Source: Candidatus Xenobia bacterium
GTDB lineage: Bacteria; Vulcanimicrobiota; Xenobia; Xenobiales; QWHO01
DNA: 29,592 nucleotides
Assembly (NCBI GenBank): GCA_045863235.1
Contig: BTUM01000093.1
Coordinates: 1 to 29,592 of the forward strand
Direction: 5' to 3'
The notes below the pieces were generated by a model. The model was not told where the DNA came from. It ran no database searches and saw nothing but the letters and a program-made list of their open reading frames with translations. Shown piece after piece: positions 25,738 through 29,592 of this stretch; within the stretch, counting starts at the first letter, position 1; each line of letters begins with the position of its first letter. Made by a program: the position numbers and the translations under genes.

Positions 25738-26988
25738 TCAGAGGCGCACCTCGAAGTTCAGCTCCGAGGTCCAGCGCCCGCCACCCGGAGCCACCTGACG
25801 GCCTTCCAGGGAGCGCGCGAAGCTGGCGTAATCGACCGCCTGGTAGGCGTCGAGCAGGGCCCGGGCCTCCTCGGGAGACTCGAGCAGGAAGGCGCGCACC
25901 CGCTCCAGGCCCGGCCGGTCGGGCGCGAAGGCCTGCTCCGGGCCGGGGATCTCGATGCGGCCGGGGCTCACGCGGGCCGCTTCCAGGCCGCCCGTCAGGG
26001 GATAGAGGCGCTGGATCCTGCCGCTCACCCCGTGCTCGAGCAGCACGAGATAGCCGGGAGAGCCCACTTCCACCGTAAAGCGCAGCTTCTCCCCCACCTT
26101 GAGCTGGGAGCGGTCGGGCTGCATCCGCAGCTCGAGGCGGGCCGGGTCGGGACGGTCGCGGTGGTAGAGCTCCCACAGGTTGGCGCTCTGGGGTTCGGCA
26201 GCGGGGGCCGAGCCGCCGAACACGGGCCGCTCGGCCGCCCCCGGCGTCAGCGTGGGGTGCTGCTCGTCGCCCAGGTGAGCGGCCACCCGGGTGCTCACCC
26301 GGGCCTGCAGATCGCCCCACAGGAGCGGCTGCGGCTGCAGCAGGGCGTCGGCCAGGTAGTAGGTGAACACGCCGTGCATCTTGCCGCCGAGCTCGTCCTC
26401 GCGGGCACCCTGGTTCTGGCGGCTGGCCACGAAGTAGATCACCTGCTCGGAGCCGAGCGCAGGCGTGTCGCCCTGCGGGCTCACAGACCGAGCGGTGGCC
26501 TTGGGGTAGAAGCGGTTGCGCCTGGCCAGGCCCAGTCCGCGCGAGGCCAGAAAGCTCTCCGAGAAGCAGGCGTCCAGGAGGACCGTGCGCTCTTTTGTGG
26601 GCAGAGCGGCCAGGAGCTTCTTCAACTCGTGCTCGCTCAGGTCGGTGGCCAGCTTGCCCTCGGCCGAGTCGAAGGGCAAGAGATAGGCCACCTCTGCCAG
26701 CGTCCCGTGACCGGCGAAGTAGAGCACGAAGCGCTCGCCCGGCTCGAGCTGGCGAGCCTGGCGCTGGAAGGCCTGGCGCAGGCCGGCCAGGGTGGCCTTC
26801 TCATCGGTCAGCAGCTCGACTTGGAACCCCATGTCCTTCAGGCGTCGGGCCATCAGGTTGGCGTCGTTGACCGCTCCGAGCAGGTTGGCCTGATGGCGCA
26901 GGAAGGGATAGCGGTCGATGCCCACCACCAGCGCCCGGTCGCCCAGCGCAGCCTGGGCCAGCAGCCAGAAGAGCAGCAGGATTCTCAT
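25738..26988 (-). CDS. Secreted caspase-family (peptidase C14) protein with a C-terminal DUF4384-like domain
   Basis: Signal-peptide-like MRILLLFWLLAQAALG. ALVVGIDRY, NLLGAVNDA, catalytic YFAGHG and LLDACFS, HGVFTYYL. C-terminal LKVGEKLRFTV...GYLVLL...SGRIQRLYP...PGLERVRAF. Confidence 0.85.
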   Translation of the reverse strand: MRILLLFWLLAQAALGDRALVVGIDRYPFLRHQANLLGAVNDANLMARRLKDMGFQVELLTDEKATLAGLRQAFQRQARQLEPGERFVLYFAGHGTLAEVAYLLPFDSAEGKLATDLSEHELKKLLAALPTKERTVLLDACFSESFLASRGLGLARRNRFYPKATARSVSPQGDTPALGSEQVIYFVASRQNQGAREDELGGKMHGVFTYYLADALLQPQPLLWGDLQARVSTRVAAHLGDEQHPTLTPGAAERPVFGGSAPAAEPQSANLWELYHRDRPDPARLELRMQPDRSQLKVGEKLRFTVEVGSPGYLVLLEHGVSGRIQRLYPLTGGLEAARVSPGRIEIPGPEQAFAPDRPGLERVRAFLLESPEEARALLDAYQAVDYASFARSLEGRQVAPGGGRWTSELNFEVRL

Positions 26989-28487
26989 CGCTGTAGCTCG
27001 AGGTTGCAGCGCACCAGCTGGAAGTTGGAGAGAGGCACCAGCTGGCCTCGGATGGTGCAGTTGACCAGTTTGACGGGCGCTTCGGCGCGCAGGGTGCCCT
27101 CCAGCACGCTCTTGTCGCCGTCGATGGTGACCGGCCTGGTGAAGAGCAGGTCTTCTCGGTAGGTGCCCGCGGTCACCATGATGACCGAGTTGGCGGGCGC
27201 ATCCCGCAGGGCGGCTCCCAGGCTGGCATAGGGCGCCTCCTGCCCGTGGGAGACGAAGAGGGGCTTGCTCCCGCCCATGCCGGACATGCGGGCCTCCATG
27301 CCCATCAGCTGGCTCAAGAGCCCGGCTGCCTCACCGCTTCGGGCCCGCTCGTCCTGGGCCTGGCGGGCCTGTTGCTCGGCCCGGCGAAGCTCGGCTTCGC
27401 GCTGGCGAGCTTTCTCGGCCAGCACCGGATCCTGAGGATTCTGGCGGGCGGCCTGCTCCGCCTGGCGGGCCCGCTCCTCGGCCTCGCGGCGAGCTTTCTC
27501 GGCCTGCTCGGCGCGGGCCTCGGCCTCGGCCCGGGCAGCCTCGGCCTGCCGGGCGCGCTGCTCGGCCTGCTCGCGGGCTTGCTTCTCACGCTGCAGGTCG
27601 GTTCCGGAAGGTTGGCTGGCCTGGCCGCGGGCGAGCTCCCAGCCATCGGCGCCGGGGCCCTCATAGCGCAGCCAGGGCACCTGCTTTTGCATGAGCCAGC
27701 GGCTGGAGGCGTCGGCCACCTCGCGCTGGACATAGTTGGTCAGCGACTGCAGGGTAACCCGCCCGTCGGCACCGGCCGCCTGGCCCTTCAAGCCCTCCAC
27801 CAGGTAGTAGGTGAAAAAGCCGTGGCCCTGCTCGCTCCACTCGAAGGAGCGCTGGCCGGCGCTGCAGGCAAAGAAGGTGGCGCTGGCGGGCACCACCTCG
27901 GCTTTGGGCTCGGCGGTGCGGGACACCAGGGTCAGATCGCGGGCCATCTGATCCGAGAGCTGGTTGTCAGCCTCGCCTTTGCCGGCCATCGGGTCGTTGC
28001 GACAGGCATCCACCACCAGCAGCGTGCGCGCCGCCCGGGTGGCTCCCAGCCAGCGAAACAGATCGCTTGCATTGAGGGCCGACTGCTGCAGCGTCAGCAG
28101 GCTGCGCGAATCGGCCTCGGCGGTGAGCAGGAACGACTGGCCCTCGACCTCCACCCCGTGGCCCGAGAAGTAGACCAGCAGGGTGTCGTTGGGGCCCATG
28201 TTCTTGATCAGGAAGTCGAAGCGGAAGGCCACGTTGGTGCGGGTGGGCAGCTCGTAGCCGGTGCGGTCGGTGGTCAGCACGAAGACGTCCTTGGGCTGAA
28301 AGCCGCCGTGCGAGACCAGCGCCTCGGCCAGCTTGCGGGCGTCGGCCTCGGCAAAGCGCAAGGGGGTGATGCCCGGGTTCTGGTAGCGATTGATGCCGAT
28401 GACGATGGCCCACTTGCGGCCCGCGGTCTCGGCTGAAACTGCCGCTGTCAGGGCCAGCAGCAGGCAGATGCTCAGGATCGTTCTCAT
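26985..28487 (-). CDS. Secreted caspase-family (peptidase C14) protein with a coiled coil and a short beta-helix-like C-terminus
   Basis: Signal peptide MRTILSICLLLALTAAVSA. WAIVIGINRY, LRFAEADA, catalytic YFSGHG and VVDACRN, HGFFTYYL. EQ/AR-rich coiled coil. C-terminal YASLGAAL...IMVTAGTYRE..VTIDG. ATGA overlap with the next gene. Confidence 0.88.
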   Translation of the reverse strand: MRTILSICLLLALTAAVSAETAGRKWAIVIGINRYQNPGITPLRFAEADARKLAEALVSHGGFQPKDVFVLTTDRTGYELPTRTNVAFRFDFLIKNMGPNDTLLVYFSGHGVEVEGQSFLLTAEADSRSLLTLQQSALNASDLFRWLGATRAARTLLVVDACRNDPMAGKGEADNQLSDQMARDLTLVSRTAEPKAEVVPASATFFACSAGQRSFEWSEQGHGFFTYYLVEGLKGQAAGADGRVTLQSLTNYVQREVADASSRWLMQKQVPWLRYEGPGADGWELARGQASQPSGTDLQREKQAREQAEQRARQAEAARAEAEARAEQAEKARREAEERARQAEQAARQNPQDPVLAEKARQREAELRRAEQQARQAQDERARSGEAAGLLSQLMGMEARMSGMGGSKPLFVSHGQEAPYASLGAALRDAPANSVIMVTAGTYREDLLFTRPVTIDGDKSVLEGTLRAEAPVKLVNCTIRGQLVPLSNFQLVRCNLELQR

Positions 28488-28494
28488 CGACCTG

Positions 28495-28500
28495 AGTATA
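28495..28500 (-). promoter_or_regulatory. -10 element TATACT, probable leaderless transcript
   Basis: Minus strand reads ccTATACTcaggtcgATG: hexamer 7 nt before ATG 28487. Confidence 0.5.
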
Positions 28501-28532
28501 GGCCGATGGTCAAGAGCGGACTGTGGGCGAGA

Positions 28533-28784
28533 TTACAGGCGGTTCTTCTGGTCGTGCTGGTTGCTGGCAAACCAGAATCCGAGCAGGGGGAGGAAGGCCG
28601 AGCCCACGACGTAGCCCATCTTTCCGGGGTCGCCGCTCTTGGAGGTCATCAGGATCACCATCAAGAGCATCAAGACCACCATGGCGATCTTGCCGGGATT
28701 GACCGCCGGACGCTTGGCGAGGGCATTGATAGCCAGGCCCACCAGGTAGATGAACAGGCCGATAAAGAGAAAGCTCAGTCCCAT
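28533..28784 (-). CDS. Small three-helix membrane protein
   Basis: 83 aa with three hydrophobic segments. Strong SD GGGAGGT before the ATG. Confidence 0.75.
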   Translation of the reverse strand: MGLSFLFIGLFIYLVGLAINALAKRPAVNPGKIAMVVLMLLMVILMTSKSGDPGKMGYVVGSAFLPLLGFWFASNQHDQKNRL

Positions 28785-28825
28785 GGTTTTGCACCTCCCC
28801 TGACGGCATGTTCGCCCTGGCGGGT

Positions 28826-28855
28826 CGGGATTCCCTGGGTTTCCCGGGAATCTCG
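28826..28855. terminator. Stem-loop immediately 3' of the precursor-like gene
   Basis: CGGGATTCCC / GGGAATCTCG inverted repeat 10 nt past the stop at 28866. No U-tract, so it may be a stabilising hairpin rather than a terminator. Confidence 0.35.
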
Positions 28856-28865
28856 GTACTGAAGC

Positions 28866-29219
28866 TCAGCCCAACCAGCTCCAGAAGGGCCTGGCCTGGC
28901 CGCTCGGCCCGGGTCGAGGAGGCGCTGCGTGGTTGTCCACGTCAGAAGGATAGCGACGGGTCCGCAGGACGTCCATGTCGCTGTCCGACGGATAGGCCTC
29001 GGTACAGTCGACGAAGTGGTCCACGTCCTTGTCGGACGGGTAAGCCTTGGTGACGGTCACGGGCTCCGGCTTCGGAGCGGGCCGCTCGGTCTGATCTTCG
29101 AGGAGTTGCTCGAAGAAGGGCTCTGAGCGCGTCAGTGCCGAGGCACCGAGGAGCGCGCCTCCCACAAAGAGCATGTCGGCCAGCAGGCGGCGGCGGGTTC
29201 GCTTGTCTTGCATAGCCAT
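28866..29219 (-). CDS. Microviridin/marinostatin-like (graspetide) multi-core precursor peptide with a twin-arginine-like N-terminus
   Basis: 117 aa. PFFEQLLEDQ resembles the PFFARFL leader box. Three cores: TKAYPSDKDVD, TEAYPSDSDMD and TRRYPSDVDN (family motif TxKYPSD; marinostatin TMRYPSDSD). N-terminus TRRRLL plus a hydrophobic stretch. Confidence 0.75.
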   Translation of the reverse strand: MAMQDKRTRRRLLADMLFVGGALLGASALTRSEPFFEQLLEDQTERPAPKPEPVTVTKAYPSDKDVDHFVDCTEAYPSDSDMDVLRTRRYPSDVDNHAAPPRPGPSGQARPFWSWLG

Positions 29220-29592
29220 CCCGTCGTCGTTTGGGGAGCTTTGTTCCCTCGGACTCTCCTGAACAGGGCGGGCGTGTCAATGCGTGGCACAGTGAGCCAA
29301 TGTTGTTCTCCAGCCATTTGAATCAGCCAGACGCCGCCCCGTGACAACAAGAACAGAGTGGCTCGCCAACACGAATCTGGATGCGAGGGGAGTTGGAGCA
29401 TCGACTTCCTTTTGCACGCTCGCTAGAGCGAGCGTGCCGGGGCGGACATCAAACATATTCCTTGGCCGAAGAGAATCAAGTTCAACACAGGAAATCCCCC
29501 CCCCCCGCACATCGAATACCTGAATTCTAAGCCAAAGCTCGGGGAGGGGCCCATTCTCACCTGCCGCCGCGGGGTCGCACTGGCGACCGTTC

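Noticed and set aside
27340..27600. Short nucleotide repeats (GCCGAG/GCCCG runs) in the caspase gene
   Set aside because: Explained by the low-complexity EQ/AR coiled coil; not an independent DNA repeat element.
2260..28436. Many long antisense or alternate-frame ORFs (e.g. 2260-3345+, 7205-8779-, 9696-11513-, 18484-20019-, 25657-27162+, 27246-28436+)
   Set aside because: Shadow ORFs expected opposite high-GC3 genes. They overlap well-supported CDSs and carry no recognisable motifs.

Overview
GC-rich bacterial genomic window (about 65-70% GC by eye) with about 26 densely packed protein-coding genes. I saw no rRNA, tRNA, CRISPR array, integrase or transposase. Recognisable housekeeping genes are gldA, ispH, an ADP-ribosylglycohydrolase, pepF, pilT, a HAD phosphatase, a tandem-domain USP and a type II P-type ATPase. 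The items worth follow-up are: (1) a 117-aa microviridin/marinostatin-like (graspetide) precursor with a PFFxxxLExQ leader box, three TxxYPSDxD cores and an unusual twin-arginine-like N-terminus, with no ATP-grasp ligase in the window; (2) a translationally coupled four-gene operon of a coiled-coil protein, two BrxD/DUF2791-like P-loop ATPases (one with an N-terminal UvrD/PcrA-type Tudor-like domain) and a receiver protein, without BREX or Shango partner genes; (3) a c-di-AMP (ydaO/yuaA) riboswitch in front of the USP/P-type ATPase operon; (4) a ~1220-aa protein with six ~135-aa helical repeats, split by a one-base frameshift; (5) three clan CD cysteine proteases (one clostripain-like, two secreted caspase-like); (6) several apparently leaderless genes. 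All family assignments come from motifs recognised by eye; no database searches were run.
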